The position numbers were made by a program, and so were the translations under genes. 64,000 nt of DNA. It comes from Felis catus. Lineage: Eukaryota. The DNA lies in assembly GCF_018350175.1 (NCBI RefSeq), contig NC_058369.1, positions 56,172,001 to 56,236,000 on the forward strand. The letters are read 5' to 3'. A model generated the notes under the pieces. The model did no database searches, was not told the origin of the DNA, and saw only the letters and a program-made list of their open reading frames with translations. Positions 13,228 to 26,944 of this stretch are shown in pieces (position 1 is the first letter of the stretch; the number at the start of each line of letters is the position of its first letter).

Positions 13228-14153
13228 TGTGGCAGCCTGGGTTTTCACACTTGGTTCCCCCCTCCCCCTGCCGGTAGGGATTCTGGTACCCAGTTCCAAA
13301 ACATACATGCTGGGGGGTGAGTTCCCACACCACCAGGCCATTCTCAAGACACAGCCTCGTGTCCTACAGTTTTACCAGTTCTGATACCCTCTAACTGGAG
13401 ATGGCCTCAGATCCCACAGGTGGAGGGCTCAGTCCTACAAGACTGCCCCCACCCACTGCACGGTCGCAAGCCTAACTTGTGAACCTGCGCTTCTGACTGA
13501 CCGGCCGGAAATCAGAGGTTCCTGTGACTCCTCCCCCCCGGCCCCCAACCCTTGAGGTCAATCAGTTTGTTAGAGTGGCTCACAGAACTCAGGAAACCAG
13601 TTTACTCACCGGAGTACTGACTTACTCTCAAAGGATGTAACTCAGGAAGAGCCAAGTAGGAGAGATGCGCAGGGCACGGCGTGGGGAAGGGACTCAGAGC
13701 TTCCATGCCCTCTGGGCACGCCACGCTCTCCGAATCTCTGCGTGTTCCCCAACCGGAAGCAATCTGAACCCCGTCCTTTCGGGTTTTTTACGGAGGTTTC
13801 ATCACATAGACCCGACTGATCGAATCATTGGCTTTTGGTGACTGATTTCAGGGGGCGGGACCGTGAGTTCGCATCCTTAGGTGCTCTCCGAGAGTCACCG
13901 CATTGACATGATCCCGGGTGTGGTGGAACATTTCCTGCTCCCCTCGAGGCTCTGAAGTGATTTCAGGGGCGGAGGACATGCAACCAAATATGATAACAGA
14001 AGATGTTCCCGTTGCTCTTTTTTGCTCAGAAAATCCCAAGGGTTCGGGGTGCTGTGTGCGCCAGGAACTGTGGACAAAAACCAAATGGATAGGAGGAATA
14101 CATTTTGGAATCTGAATGGCCAAATCTGCCCTTTGTATTAATCACGATCTTGC
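13228..14153. mobile_element. MER21-like LTR
   Basis: ctggagatggcctcagatcccacaggtggagggctcagtcctacaagactgcccc resembles the MER21-family core as recalled; boundaries approximate. Confidence 0.7.
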
Positions 14154-17100
14154 ACCTGGGTAACCAGGACCTGGATCAGGAACCAAACGTGAGCAGCACC
14201 TGCAAGCCCCCAGGGCCCCCTTCTGTCACTCGCCCAAGTGACCTCCATCCTGACTGGATGGGGTCTGGTTTGCTCTCTGGCTGCCGAGGTGTGGCAGGAG
14301 AGCACCTCGATGCTGGCCGCTCATGTGACCGTGTGCAGACACAGCCTCTGGGAGCCTTGGTCCCTCTTGGGCACAGCGAGGGCCATGCTGGGCCTGCCAG
14401 GTTGCTGTGAAAATCATCAATAGCCTGTGTCAGGGCCCGGCTCTGGGCTTGGCACCTAGTAAAGGCTGAGTAAGGGGCGTCTCTCATCATCATCATCATT
14501 GACCTTTATTTCCGGTTTTGCACTGGCTGAGCCCAGAAGTGGCCAGTGGCATTGGCCTGCGTTGCGTAGCTGCCGTGAGAGCTGGGGACAACCAGAGCCT
14601 TCCAGACAGCGGACAGTTGGTGTTTAAGATCCTGTAGGGCATCCTGGAGAAACTTTCCTGGGCTGGGCTGTCAGTTAGCTTGAAAGACAACCGGGGTAAA
14701 ATCTGTCATTGACACAGCAGACATAGGAAAGGGCACGGGGTGCTCTCCTAAGACCAGCGAGGGTGGCTCTGTGGGAGGAGCTGTCCCCTGGGCTTGAGTG
14801 CTCATGGGGTGATGCAGTTAGTCTGCACAATTACTGAAAAAGGCAATTTGCAGAAGAAAAAAAAGTACAAAAAAGACTTTGAGTTAAGTGTGTTTTTATT
14901 TCTGTAACTCGCCGGCAATAAAATCCAATTGGGGACGTCCAGGGATTAGCTTCCCAAATGTGCTTGCTCACAGCCCTTTGCTCCTTCAGACTCAGGAAAC
15001 CCAGCTGTGGCTTTAAGCCTTTAGCTGCATGCATTTTAATCCCCAAGCCCCTTTCCTTTGGTTTACAGAGCAGCAAGGCATCGCTGTCTTGTATTTGGCT
15101 GCCGGGTATTTCACAGTCTCCGTTGAAAGTTCAAGTATGCGCGATAGGATCTAATTGTCCAGTTTCTTGACATTCAGGCTTGTCTCCTTCGTAAAGTGGT
15201 GTAATTGATTTCTGGGTCCTTGAAAATAGAGCCGGCAGTGGGGAGAGATGCTGGAAATACCAAGTAGAGGATGCAGTGAGGCCAGCTACACCACCCCACT
15301 CACTCTTTCCTTCCGTTGCGGCCTCACAGGGCCCAGGGCACAGAGTTCTGGAACCCCCCTCTGGGGTTGCTGCCCAACTTCTGGGAGGACGTGGCTTTCA
15401 GGGTGGGATTCCAGGTCAGAAGACCAGCAATGTGACACCTTGGGGGCTGGGCCTGGGGACAGTCTGCTGAGACTGGAGAAGGGATCGCAGGGGAGCTGGG
15501 GACCTCACATGTCCCCACAGCTCATGTGCTCCAGTGGACCTCCCATAGTGGAAGGTACTCGCATCCTAAGTTTGTGTTCTCTCTCATTGCAGGTCTGAAG
15601 GTGAGAGCTCCCGGAATGTCAGGTATGTGTGTCATCGGCCTCTGCTTGTGCGTCTGGGTCCTGGGAGCGGGTGGCTTCAATGAAACCTTGCGCTTTGGTG
15701 TCTCTGTGATGAGGTCGCACCGGGTCAGAGCCCTGCTCCCTTGCTGCTCCTGGCCCTGGCCCGCCACCTGAGGACCGTGGCCCTGCCGTCTGCTGGCTTG
15801 GTGTCCTGGAGAGAGAGCACCGGTTTTCTGTGCAGGCTTACTCGGTTCTAGAGTGACCTTCGTGGGGGGTCACCTGGCTTGGTGGTAGTTCCATCCCCTC
15901 AAGGGCAGCGGCGGTGTCCTAGGCTGTGACATATCTATGACCAGAAGCTTCTCAGCTCAGGCAGTCCCTGGGGCCAGACGGGGCAAATCTCTGGGCTGTT
16001 TGGTGGAGGGGCGGGCTCCTAGCAGCCTTGAACGATGCGGTGTCTCCATGGCCCGTGGAGAACACGATGCCTGCAGTTGAGACACCTGCCTCTCCTCACC
16101 CCCACCAGTGGGGGGGGGGGGGGGATCGGCATGGAGTTGGGTCACAGCTGGGGCTCCTGACTGGATGAAGGGAGGGGCAGCTAGGAACCAGAATCCCAGG
16201 GTGCTACTGCCTCAGCCCAGGGGGCTGGGGCCAGGCAGGTCTCAAGGCTTGAGTTGGGGGACCAGGACGGCCATGAGGGATGGGAGACAGCGGGCTGGTG
16301 ATGAGGGTGGGGGAGGAGAGGAGGAGCATGGAGGCAATTTAAGGGCCACAGGGACGCCCAGCCCCACTGGCAGCAGATTTCAGATTTCTGAAATCGCTCC
16401 GTGACTGGGCACAACGCAAATTGTGCATCCTGAGCCTGGAGCTAGGAGTTTCGGGCTTGGGTGGGGTCCTCTGGGCAGCCTACGGAGAGAGAAGTGCAGA
16501 TGGGTGACAGGTAGGCTGCATCGTGGGGAGGCTCCAGGAATCAGCATGGCGAGGCCCTAGTGTGTACCCGCGCACTCGGCTTGGGCGCAACCCGGGACAC
16601 GTGAGTGGTGGTCCCAAGCCAGGGAGGCAGAATAGGGGGCACTGGGAGGGCTGGGTCTATAGGCCCTGGGTCCGGCAGGGCCCCAGCAGGAAGCAGAGGC
16701 ACACGCAGGGTGAGGGGATGGAGGAGTGTCATACAGAGGCTACGGATGGGGTGAGGGCCAGGTGGCCCCCGGGCCTGAGAGGGGAGAGGAGATGCCCTGA
16801 GAGACGGAGAATGGCCCAGGCCAGGAGATGCGGGAGGAGGGGCAGCTGGGCATTCTGGAGCCATGGCCCCTCTGAATATGTGCAGCCGTGAGGGCAAAGG
16901 GAAGGTGCCCTCCATGGACTGATGGGGAAAGGCCCCAGGTGCGCCGTTTCCTGAGCAAAGCAAGGTGCGGGAGAGCATGTATCTCACGTTACATTTGGGG
17001 TAAGAAAAGTTGCATGGAAGAATGTGGTTTCTTGCTTATCACGTTTGCATGCATAAGCAATGGCAGGAGACCCGAACAGCTGTTCAAATGATCCCTTGGG

Positions 17101-17233
17101 GTAAGGAGCCGGGCAGGCAGAGATAAGAGTGGCTGTGAGCCTCCTCGTAGTGTGCACTGTGCTGTCGCTTGAGCTCGGAACCATGCAACATGTATTACCT
17201 GTCCAGAAAACTTGTTAAAAATGAAGATTTACC

Positions 17234-17447
17234 GGGGCGCCTGGGTGGCTCAGTCAGTTGAGCATCTGACTTCGTCTCAGGTCATGATCTTGCAGTTGTG
17301 AGTTCGAGCCCCGCGTCAGGCCCTGTGCTGACGTCTCGGAGCCTGGAGCCTACTTCGGATTCTGTGTCCCTCTCTTGCTCTGCCCCTCCCTCGCTCATGT
17401 TCTTTCTCTCTCTCAAGATTAAATAAAAAAAAAACATTAAAAAAAAA
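17234..17447 (+). mobile_element. CanSINE
   Basis: Standard body; TSD aaaaatgaaga. Confidence 0.95.
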
Positions 17448-20400
17448 TGAAGAGCTATCTGAGGACAGGGAGGGTTGCTGAGGGGTAGTGAGCATCCCGT
17501 TCCTGGGGTATGCACAGACATTGGACGGGATTCACAGGGGGAATAGGAAGGAGAGGTGCCTTCAGCCCCAGGATCTGAGCCCTCCCTGCTCTGTCTGATA
17601 CACTCCCCCAGAAGGTGTTCGTGGCTGATGACGGGGCACTCTTCACCGAGATCTCCTGAGACCAGTGGGCTTTCACCTGTAAGTTGTGTGTAGGGTGGCC
17701 GTTTGGCCCTGCCCAACCCCACCCACCCCCTGCCTCAGGGTTCCCTGCGGTGGGCTGTCAGGAACCTGATTTTGCAGGCCAGGTGAAGCAGGAGGGCAGT
17801 TCTCTGCTCCGAGGAAGGGTGGGAAAGACATTTCAGTGGGGGGGACAGGAACACCAAGGACCTGCTTGGTGAGAGAATAAGGAATGGCCTCGGAATGGGG
17901 CCCGGGGCTGGGGCGGGAGTGGGGACCGTATGGAGACTGGAACCTATGTCCCCAGCTGGAGCCAACTGGTTGTCAGCAGGACTCCTAGAGGTGAGGAGCC
18001 AGGCAGGGAAGAAAACTGATGTGAGTCCAGGCAGAGAAGGCTGCATCTGAGATTTTTCTGAGGCTCAAAAACCCAACCCCATAACGACTTCTACTCTGCT
18101 GTGCCGACTCTCGGGGACAGCCCCAGACACCCATAGGAGTCGTGGTAGGAGGCCTTGCTGGGACTTTAGGATGCTGGGGTCAGGCGTTGACTGAGTCTCT
18201 ATCCTATGCCAGGCACGTGTTTTGCCCCCAGGGAGCTGTCACGGCGGGGGTCAGACCTTGGTCACATGTCACACCCTCTGCTCAGCACAGGTAGACACAG
18301 GGGCACAGGCCAGGAAGCCCCCCAGACGGTTCAGATCTGACCCACTCTTCACGATTCAGGTCACTACCCCCAGACAGCTGCAAAATCTGTTTCCCAGGGA
18401 AGAAGGACCATGAGGTCCCTTCCTAAAGGGAGCCTGATCTTCTGCTGAGTGTTCCCCCAGGGGCCCGCCCACCAGAAGGACTGGTCTAAAGTCAAGTCTG
18501 ACTGTGACCCTCCCTGCTTCGCCCTCCATGGAGCCCCTTTGCCCAACACTCTCTAGCTGTGGCTCTCACTGAGGCCCCGTGAGCCGGCCGCCTCTCTCGT
18601 GTGCGGCCCAGTTTCCTGCTCCTGTCCCCCCGGGGGACCTTGCGCGGCTGCCCAGCGGTGCTTCCCTCTGGTTCCAGGTGCGTCCATGGGTTCCCTGCCT
18701 GTCTTCCAGGTTGTCTGTGGGACTAGTGCTGTTTCCTGTGCCCCCTGTGTTCAGCAGACCCACACCTCTGTGAGAACCTCAAGCCGTGGCCCCACTGAAG
18801 CTTTGAGGGGGGTCATGGCTGAAGTGCCCTGGCCCTGCTTGCCCTCTTTGGCTTCTTGTGCTTGCTTCTGATATCCATGTTCACTTTGATTTCTGTCCTA
18901 GTGACTTGAACACTTAGCCCCAGGCAGAGTAAGGAGCCTGCATGAAGCCCTGGGTTGTCTCCCGGCAAAGAGCACAGAGCACAGAGCACAGGGCAGGCCC
19001 CAACAGGCCGGGCCGTAGTGGAATGAATTCACCTTGGTCTCGCCGGGCACCCTGGGCACAATGCCTTGCCCACAGAACTGGTGCAAATTAATGTTTGCTT
19101 AATTGGATTCGGAACTCATAAATATTTTCAGGCTGTCAACTGGAAGGGAAAAATAAGTGGACCATCTGCCCTGCTCAGTGGAGACCCCTTCCTCTCCCCT
19201 GCTTCATCCCCCCTTCCACAACAAACACCAAACACAGGGGGCAGAAGGGGCCATGTCTGAACTCAGAAAAGGTGATGTCTGGCTTTCATTATACTGGCCA
19301 AGGTCTGGATGGACACCAAGAGCGGATGATCTTTGCTAAATGTTAAGGAAATGAACCCTGAGAGACCCTCATTACCCCACCCCTACCCTGGGGTCCCTGC
19401 TTGGTGAGGGTTTTTTCTTTCCACCCAGAGGACGGGAGCTACAGCCTTTCTGGCAGTCTGAGCCTCCCCGAGCAGCAGGGAACGGGTTTTGCCAGGAGAC
19501 GCCCGTTTGCGATGGCGCGCGCGCTACTTTTCCCCCCGGGCGAGACAGGTGCAAACTCAGATGTATTCATTTTCCACAAACGAAACGACTCGGTTTTGAC
19601 CATGTTGCAGATCTAGGACTTGGCTCCCTTGTTCCCGGGGGGTGTGCGTCTGGTTTTCACTCCATTCCGAAGGAGCCTGTGCAGGCTCCCAACTTTGAAC
19701 CTTCTAATGATAATGATTTACTGGTTTCAGGGGGTTCGGGGTGGGGGTGGCGGGGGGAGGTGGGACAAGAAGAGTGATGCAGAGTTTGGAGTCTGAAGGA
19801 ATGATTAGCTGCGTGGAGGGCCCGGGGCCAGTGCTGATGCTGTAGTTAAGGCACAAGGACTTTCCGCAGCACCAAAGCATCACCTTTTGCTTCTCATCAA
19901 CCCCTTGAAACAAACTCAGTCATGTTCACTGATAGGAATCAGTACCACGTAATGATGTCCGCCATGGGTCGGGGCCTCACCGCACCTGTACAACCAACCC
20001 CACCCGTTCAAGAGGGTTATGGTGCGCCCCAGTGTTTGAGCTCTGGGAGACTGGGGTAGAGAAATGCTGAACAGCTTCCCTAGACAACACGGCTTTCAAA
20101 TGCAGATCTGAGACTTCCCACCCAAAGCCTTTCCAGGTCCTGTCCTTGGTGCCTGTGGAAGGTACAGATTTCCAGGCCCTGTCCTTGACGTGTCTGACTC
20201 GGTAGGGTCGGGGGGCGGGGCCCGAGACTCTGAATTTTGCCCCCTTCCCGCGTGATTCCAGCAGGCAGCCTGGACACCCAGCCTCTGTCCAAGCAGGCCA
20301 GCGTCCAGTATTCGGCTGTGCCCAGCTCACCAGTGTGAGCTCAGAAACACCGAACCAAGCAGTTCCCGTAGATCCCCCCACCCCCCACCCCTGGCACAAG

Positions 20401-21060
20401 AATCCAAAAACCCTGACTGGCATTTTCCAGAGGTCCCAGCAAGCTTCTCGGGACCCTGAGCAGCCAGCCAGTGAAACCTGAGGACTGCTTATTTGGGGAG
20501 TGTGGGGGCTGCTTCTGGAGAAGGTGGGCTTGGTTACAAGTGTTGTCTTCATTGGAATGAGGGCGTGGAAGGGAAAGCAATGAGTCCAAATTAATCCGTT
20601 TTCCTGTGAACGTCTCCCACCACCCCGTGCCAAGGCGAGGCAGCCTTTGTAATTAACTGACTGGGCCTTTTCTCCCCCCAAACCCAAAATGGGAGCGTGC
20701 GATTTATTTTGTGTGCGAGGTGGTATGAAAATTGCCAGTTGGCAGATGAGGCTGGGATGTTGGTGGAGCTGGGTAAACAGGGCTGAGCTGTCTGTCACCT
20801 CCAGGTCGGAATGGGGAGCTGGCTCCAAAGCAGGGACAGGGGCCGGGGCCACGGAGGTGCTGTGCGTGCCGAGGGCTGAGCAGGTGGCCTTGGGAGGAGA
20901 GCAGAAACTTCTTAGCACTGTGGATGGGAGTAGAGGCACTACAGTTCTGAAATCAAACCCTTCTCCTCGTCCTACCCTGTGTCACCACGGACCAGACACT
21001 GAACTCTCCAAGCGTCAGAGTCCACGTGGGTTCAGCGGTCTTTACTGAGTGCCTGCCGTA

Positions 21061-21608
21061 TGTCGTGGACCCGAGTTCATCTGCCTGATGCGCATAAAGA
21101 CCATCACTGAGACACGGGGTATAAAGCAAAGCAAGAGTTTATTCCAGAGGCAGGAGGGCGAGCCTCACATCCACCTCCCTAGAGGAGGAGAGTCAGGGGT
21201 ACTTAGTGGCGAAGGAAAAAGGTCAGGGTACATAGTTGCGGCTGCTAGCCTTTTGTTTACCCTTTTCAGTCCCCAGGGTCTTTTGATCCGTCCTCATTCT
21301 TGTGGGTATTGGGACCACGACCCAGCCGCGGCTGTTACTTCCTGCTGAGGTGGGGTGGAGACTGGGTTTAGACAAGGGGAAACTTTGGGGTGGAAAGGAA
21401 TGTCCTGCATTACTGGGATTTTTGTACTTTGGTCAATAGTTCCTGTACCATGTTGTGTCTAGGGTTTTAGGGGTACTGGAGAACAACAGGTAGCATGTTG
21501 TACTCCTGGCTTGATTCCCTTGGACCAGTTCCCCCGCGTCGGAGGTTCAGGTCCGGCAGAGGCTCACTGGTCTGAGCCGGGTCCCTTTCGACCTCCTCCC
21601 TGCTGACA
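21061..21608 (-). mobile_element. ERV1-type LTR
   Basis: TG...CA boundaries (tgtcgtggacccgagttc ... tgctgaca), TTTATT at ~21138 (minus-strand polyA signal), adjacent to an integrase C-terminus. No clear TSD. Confidence 0.55.
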
Positions 21609-21619
21609 GGTGTAGGGAA

Positions 21620-22900
21620 CCTGTGGATTCTTGTCATTCACGTGTGAATCCACGGCTCAATTCCCTGTAGTCTCGGGGGAGTGGGGGGGTCAACGGCACC
21701 TCGCAGGGTCTGACGTGTCCAGTGAGGCTGGAGCTGGTCCTCTGGGCTCTCGCTCTTCAGGTCTTTAGTGACATCTTTAGTGACACCTTTGGATGTCACC
21801 AAGGGATTCAGGCAGTGTGAAGACACATCTGTGAGGTACATCAGCCTGCCGGAAGCAAACGCAGGCCCTGGATGTACCTGATAGTATCCAAATCGCTGGT
21901 GGGAGCCCCGCCAGCGACTCCTAGGTCACGAAAGAACATAGAAAGTCTTGCATATGACATTCCACAGGGGCTTAAACCAAGCCCTCTTCTAGGGACCACT
22001 CTTTCCCAAAGCAGGGCAGATGGCATGGGTTGTTCCCAAGTGAAGTGGGTTTCTTGGCAGAGCTTTGCCAAAGTTCATTTTTTTCCCTTTTTCCACTCTC
22101 TCGGTGTCTCCAGGAAGCGTGTGATTTCCACTGAATGCCCAAGGCCTTGGACGCTGTGGTTGTCACTCCATTGTCACTCTGAATTATTAGCGGCAGTCCA
22201 AACCTAGAAATGATCTCGCTTCAAAGCATTTTGACCACTCCCGAGGCCTTCTCTGAACAGCAGGGAGGAACCTCAACCCCGTTGATAAAGGTGTCTGCAG
22301 ATACAAGGAAACCCCGAGAATTTCCCATTGTTCTTTGCATTCTGGGAAAGGCTGCGTGCCGGTCTTCCCCAGGTTTGGGGCGTCTCAGTTGTATACCCTT
22401 GAGAACTTGTGGGCACCCAGTCTTAGGGTTGTTTTTAGCACAAGCGTTGCCTTTTGTAGCATTTCGCTGAAATCGGAGCCCGCAGTATACTTCTGGATCC
22501 ACTGGAGAGGGGCATCTTTCCCATAACGGGTGCTTCGAGGAATGTGGCTAATTATTTCTTTCATCAGATGCTCTAGGGTAAGGATTCCTTCTATTTCCAG
22601 CCGGTGTCAAGGCCAGCACGGTGTCCAAACCCCCACTCCTTACTTAACTCCTCTTTGGTCCTCCAAGGGACGTTGGGGTTGATATGTAGTTAAGTCTATC
22701 TTTGGCACGAGAGCTCTTCCAGAGGGTCTTGGAGTCTTTGACGGGCTGCCAGCATGGTTCCCTTGGGCAGTCGGTCCACTTTGTGGCGTCTTCCGCAGCG
22801 GACGGTAGCTGATGGGTCACCACTGCACCCAGCTCTTGCTTGTCTTTGACCCGTGACACTGTCCCCATCCGTGAACACGTCCACGTCTGGATGCTCCGAT
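21620..22900 (-). pseudogene. pol: ERV pol remnant (RNase H plus integrase)
   Basis: Frameshifted motifs in order on minus: VFTDGDS..GQRQARAG (RNase H), ACAKNNP..PGED..LVSADTF..EKASGVVK (IN Zn finger/core), QWKSHASW..SGK, LAKLCQETHFTW..GLSP, PEDQLQPHW..LQGIEPWIH (IN C-terminus). Confidence 0.9.
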
Positions 22901-25366
22901 GGCAGCTTGTCCAGTCGGGATGGCTGCGATCAGCTTGTTCAGCTCTCCGTGTGTCTCTGGTGATCTTTCTGAGTGGCCCTTAGATCACCGGGCCACTTTT
23001 CTCTCACGTGTACCTCGGCGGGTCTGGCTTCGGTTTGCGGGGCTTCAGGGAAAAGCAGTGTTCGTTCTCAGGGCTTCCAGTCAACACGGTGGGAGAAAAC
23101 TGGAAACCTTAGTTTGGAGAGTCAGGGTCAGATATTCAAGGAAACCAGAAGAAGTCAGGACCCAGCCCAGGTGTATAGACAACCAACGAAGCCTCCAAGA
23201 CGGCTCATCGGAACCATGATCTTACATTTTCACAGGTGTGTTACTGGAACAATCTCTCTCTCTGAAACCACCCTCATCTCCGCCAAAGAGAGCCAGATTA
23301 GGACACGTTTGTTTGTGAAATTGTCCAGTTGAAGCTGGGCCTGTTTACACAAGCGCCATCACAACGGTGATTGGTCATATAGGTGTTGGGTTTTTTCAAT
23401 CTGCTTCGCTGGAACTTTTCGTAAGGAATGTCAGATTGAACTTTTAACAGCCTTGTCAGGCTAAAGAAGCCAAGCCAAATCCTGGCCATCAGCCTTTGCC
23501 TGCCATACCTATAGGTGTGGGTGGCTCCCTCTCTTCTCGAGATCCCCCAAATACCCTGAGGTTCCTGCACCTGCCAGGAAGTGACGACCTTCCTTATTCA
23601 CCTGGTAGGGCTGCTGGAAACTTTGTAAGCAAGGTACGAGGCCAGTTTTCCAAGGGGCTTCATTGGCTCGGCAAAGTCAACCTTAATTAGTTCCTTAAAG
23701 CTCTCTGATTGTAGCTGAGTCTAGGCATATCTCCCTCAACTATGACATTCCAGTCAAAGCCTTGGCAACATGACCAATGTTTCCAGTGGCGTCCTGTTGC
23801 AAGGAGAACGGATTCGTATCGAACTTCTGCAAATAAATACACTGCCGTGAAAGTAGGAGAATACTCCCTGAGAGTTTTGAATTCTGGTGGTACCAGGTAG
23901 GGAGAAAGGGATAAATGTTTCCTATCTGTGTATGAAGAAATTATTTACCAAACGTCTGCCAAATGTCATAGGCAGACTTAAATTTAGAAGAGCAAACATT
24001 AGAGGACCAGCAATGTTTACACAAGGGTCTGTTTGAAAGCAGTTTCCCCATTAGTTCTGGGAATTCTTACTAAGCTTAGCTTTATGATCCTGAAGGGATC
24101 AGAGAGCTGTATTTGTCAATGCAGTGCAGCTGGCAAGGAGATTCTGTGACACACGCTACTTCAGTGGTTAGTAGTACAAGCGATGACGCTATACCAGGAC
24201 ATATCAAACCCTTGGGAATCTTATAAAATCTCTAGGACACTTAGAGCAATCACCCATACAACAAAGCCTAAGAAGGTTCCTCATCGCTTATTTGATGATG
24301 CCTCCCATGTCATTTGACACACCAGGGAATAAGCCTAATTCGTCAAAAAGACTTCCATTCACAAGCTGGGTTTTTGGAAGTTGGTGAAATACCAGAAGGT
24401 TTCAAAACACGTGCCTAAATAGGATTACAGATCACTACAAAACAGGATACTTATTTAGCCGGGATGGCAAGAAGAGATTCTCAAGGTAAATGCAGACAGC
24501 AAGGTAAATGGAGCTGTGAGCAAACCTTAGCTCTCTTAACACTGAGCAGATTCAACTTTCTTAAGTAAGCAAAGACCTAACAGAGACAAGACATAGAAAC
24601 TTTGTTTTTCTAGGCAGCTTAAAGATAAAGAAAAACCTCTGTTGATAATTTAGACCCATCATCTAAGAAGCCTCTGTCACATGAACAGCGAGAAAACCCA
24701 AATTCCAGTCTTATACTGCTGTACTTTGGATATTAAAACTCATTCGTTGCAACAAGATGAATTTTTAAAAAGATATGCAGTCCCTTCTTTCTTCCTCCGT
24801 GTCACCTCCCACGTTGATACATACTTATTTGGACAAGGACATCCAGGGCACTGCATGGGTCTGAGTTCTTGTGGCGGGTGTTGGGATGCGCTGACCAGAA
24901 TGTCCGGCAGGAACCCAGGTCTCCCAGCCATAGCAATGCTGCCTACAGCCTTCGACGCTCAGACATCATCAGGGATCACCGTGACTGTAGGCAGCGGCCT
25001 TGCCAAGGGCATTGCCCGCTGCCCAGGTGGTCACATCCAAAGACGCTTACGAAGAGCCAGCCCCTTCCACCTAAGTTTGGATGCTTCCGAAGGGCAGTCC
25101 AACTTTCGGGACGGCTCAGAGAGTCGGCTAAGGCTTCCGTTGAAGTGTCACTGCTCAACTTCTGCCTGACATCGTTCTCTGCCTCCCCCTTCTCTTCCCC
25201 GGGGGTCGATCGCTGCCCTCATAAACTTGTTTCTTACATGCGAAACTCCAGAATCTCGGCCCCGACCATGCATAGCATTTCTTTCGAAAGATTCCCTTCT
25301 CGCAAACCTTCTGCAATGTTCCCTTTCGCATTCCTTCAGATTTTGTCCTACGTTTTCCCCTCTTTG

Positions 25367-25574
25367 TTTTTTTTTAAATTTTGTTTGAGAGAGAGAGAGA
25401 GAGCACAAGCGGGGGAGGGGGGGAGAGAGAGACACAGAGAGACACACACAGAGAGAATCTCAAGCAGGCTCCACTTGGAGCCTGACAGGGGGCTCAATCC
25501 CACAACTCTGGGATTATGACTTGCGCAGAGGTCAGGAGCGGGATGCTCAACAGACTGAGCCACCCAGGTACCCC
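25367..25574 (-). mobile_element. CanSINE in ERV internal region
   Basis: Head and tail; TSD gttttcc(c)ctcttt. Confidence 0.9.
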
Positions 25575-25983
25575 AAGTTTTCCCTCTTTGAATAACCAGT
25601 CTCACTTTCACTAAATACAGAATTTTTTCCCTTATTTGGTCAAGTAGCCTTAATTACATTTGTTAAAATTATTTACATCTGTCTGTCTGTCCTTCGCTTG
25701 CCCGTAAAGCTTCAGAAGCCATTGGACAGGGCTCTAACGTCTTTCTCTTTTCCATCACATTTTGTGACAGTCACAACGCCAACAGCTGGTTTGACTTACA
25801 GTAAACACAAGCAGAGTGAAACTATCACATTTAATGTTGGCAATTCTAAAGACTTATGTCCATTTTAACTGAACAAACATCGTTACATTAGCTTTCGAAC
25901 CAAATATCTTCCAAGATCACTTGAACTTGAAAGACACCTGGGGTTAGTTTCTATCTTCCTGAGTTTTAGAATGCCCAGTTCTT

Positions 25984-26216
25984 TTTTCTTTTAATTTTTT
26001 TAATGTTTATTTACTTTTGAGAGAGAGAGAGAGACAGACAGAGACAGCGCGTGAATGGGGGAGGATTAGAGAGAGAGGGAGACACAGAATCTCAAGCACG
26101 CTCCAGGCTCTGAGCCCTCAGCACAGAGCCCTACGTGGGGCTCGAACCCACAGACCACAAGATCATGACCTGGGCTGAAGTCAGACGCTTAACCGACCGA
26201 GCCACCCAGGCGCCCC
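25984..26216 (-). mobile_element. CanSINE in ERV internal region
   Basis: TSD tagaa(tg/ca)cccagttctt. Confidence 0.95.
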
Positions 26217-26944
26217 TAGAACACCCAGTTCTTACAAGCACTCGCCTTCAAACCAGCTAAGTAGAGCACTTTTACAAATTAATTTTCACAACCACCACCC
26301 GGAGGTAGAGAAACTATCTCACATTTACAACATACATAGACACACGTACCATTCCACAAACAGGGTGCAAGCAAAACCTTAAAGGCCCAGTTTCCTAATA
26401 TCTCCCTTTTACAAAACACAGCTAAGTGCGAGATGGTCTTACCATTTATGGATCCCTTCATCGGTCGTCTTTCTCAGGAGTCTGATGAATGTTGTGGTGG
26501 AGCAGAGTTGCCAAAACAAACGATGGCCTCGTTTGGGAGACTCCAGCCCATAGGGCTGGATGTGCAGATAGATTGTCCTTTCCCAGTGTCCAACGAGGGC
26601 ATGGCTTGTTGTATTCAAAGATGCCCAAAGCAGTCAAAGCAGCTGACAGACCAATTGAAGCCCAGGTTACCTCCGTGAATTTTCCCCTCCCCACCCCACC
26701 CCCTGCCCCGCTTCAGCTGTGTCCAGTCTGCGGTGTGGCCCATCCGTTGTGGACGGAGGCTCTCAGAAGAGGTCCATAGATGTTCAGCCTGATTCTGGAG
26801 ACACTGCTGGTCCTCTCTTTCCACAGACCAGAGAAAGGTCTCTTTTGTCGCTGAGAAAATAACTCATCTGGCTGGATATTTTAGAAAACTCCTCTGGTGA
26901 CTGTCTGGAAGGTGGCCCAGAGATATTTAGGGTGCATCAAAGCA

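Larger units (their letters stand above)
22900..26400 (-). mobile_element. ERV internal non-coding region (MER4-group-like)
   Basis: Continuous with the pol remnant. 23540-23700 is homologous to 34040-34205 of the second ERV (CCTGAGGTTCCTGCACCTGCCAGGAAGTGAC shared). Right boundary approximate. Confidence 0.7.

Noticed and set aside
17234-17310. tRNA-like sequence at SINE heads
   Set aside because: These are tRNA-derived CanSINE heads followed by (CT)n and poly-A, not tRNA genes.
19977-20939. 320-aa minus-strand ORF
   Set aside because: No recognisable domain, and its composition is typical of chance ORFs in GC-rich DNA; no supporting gene structure.
24830-25040. GC-rich insert in the ERV internal region, vaguely MER20-like
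   Set aside because: Similarity too weak to call by eye; no terminal inverted repeats or TSD identified.
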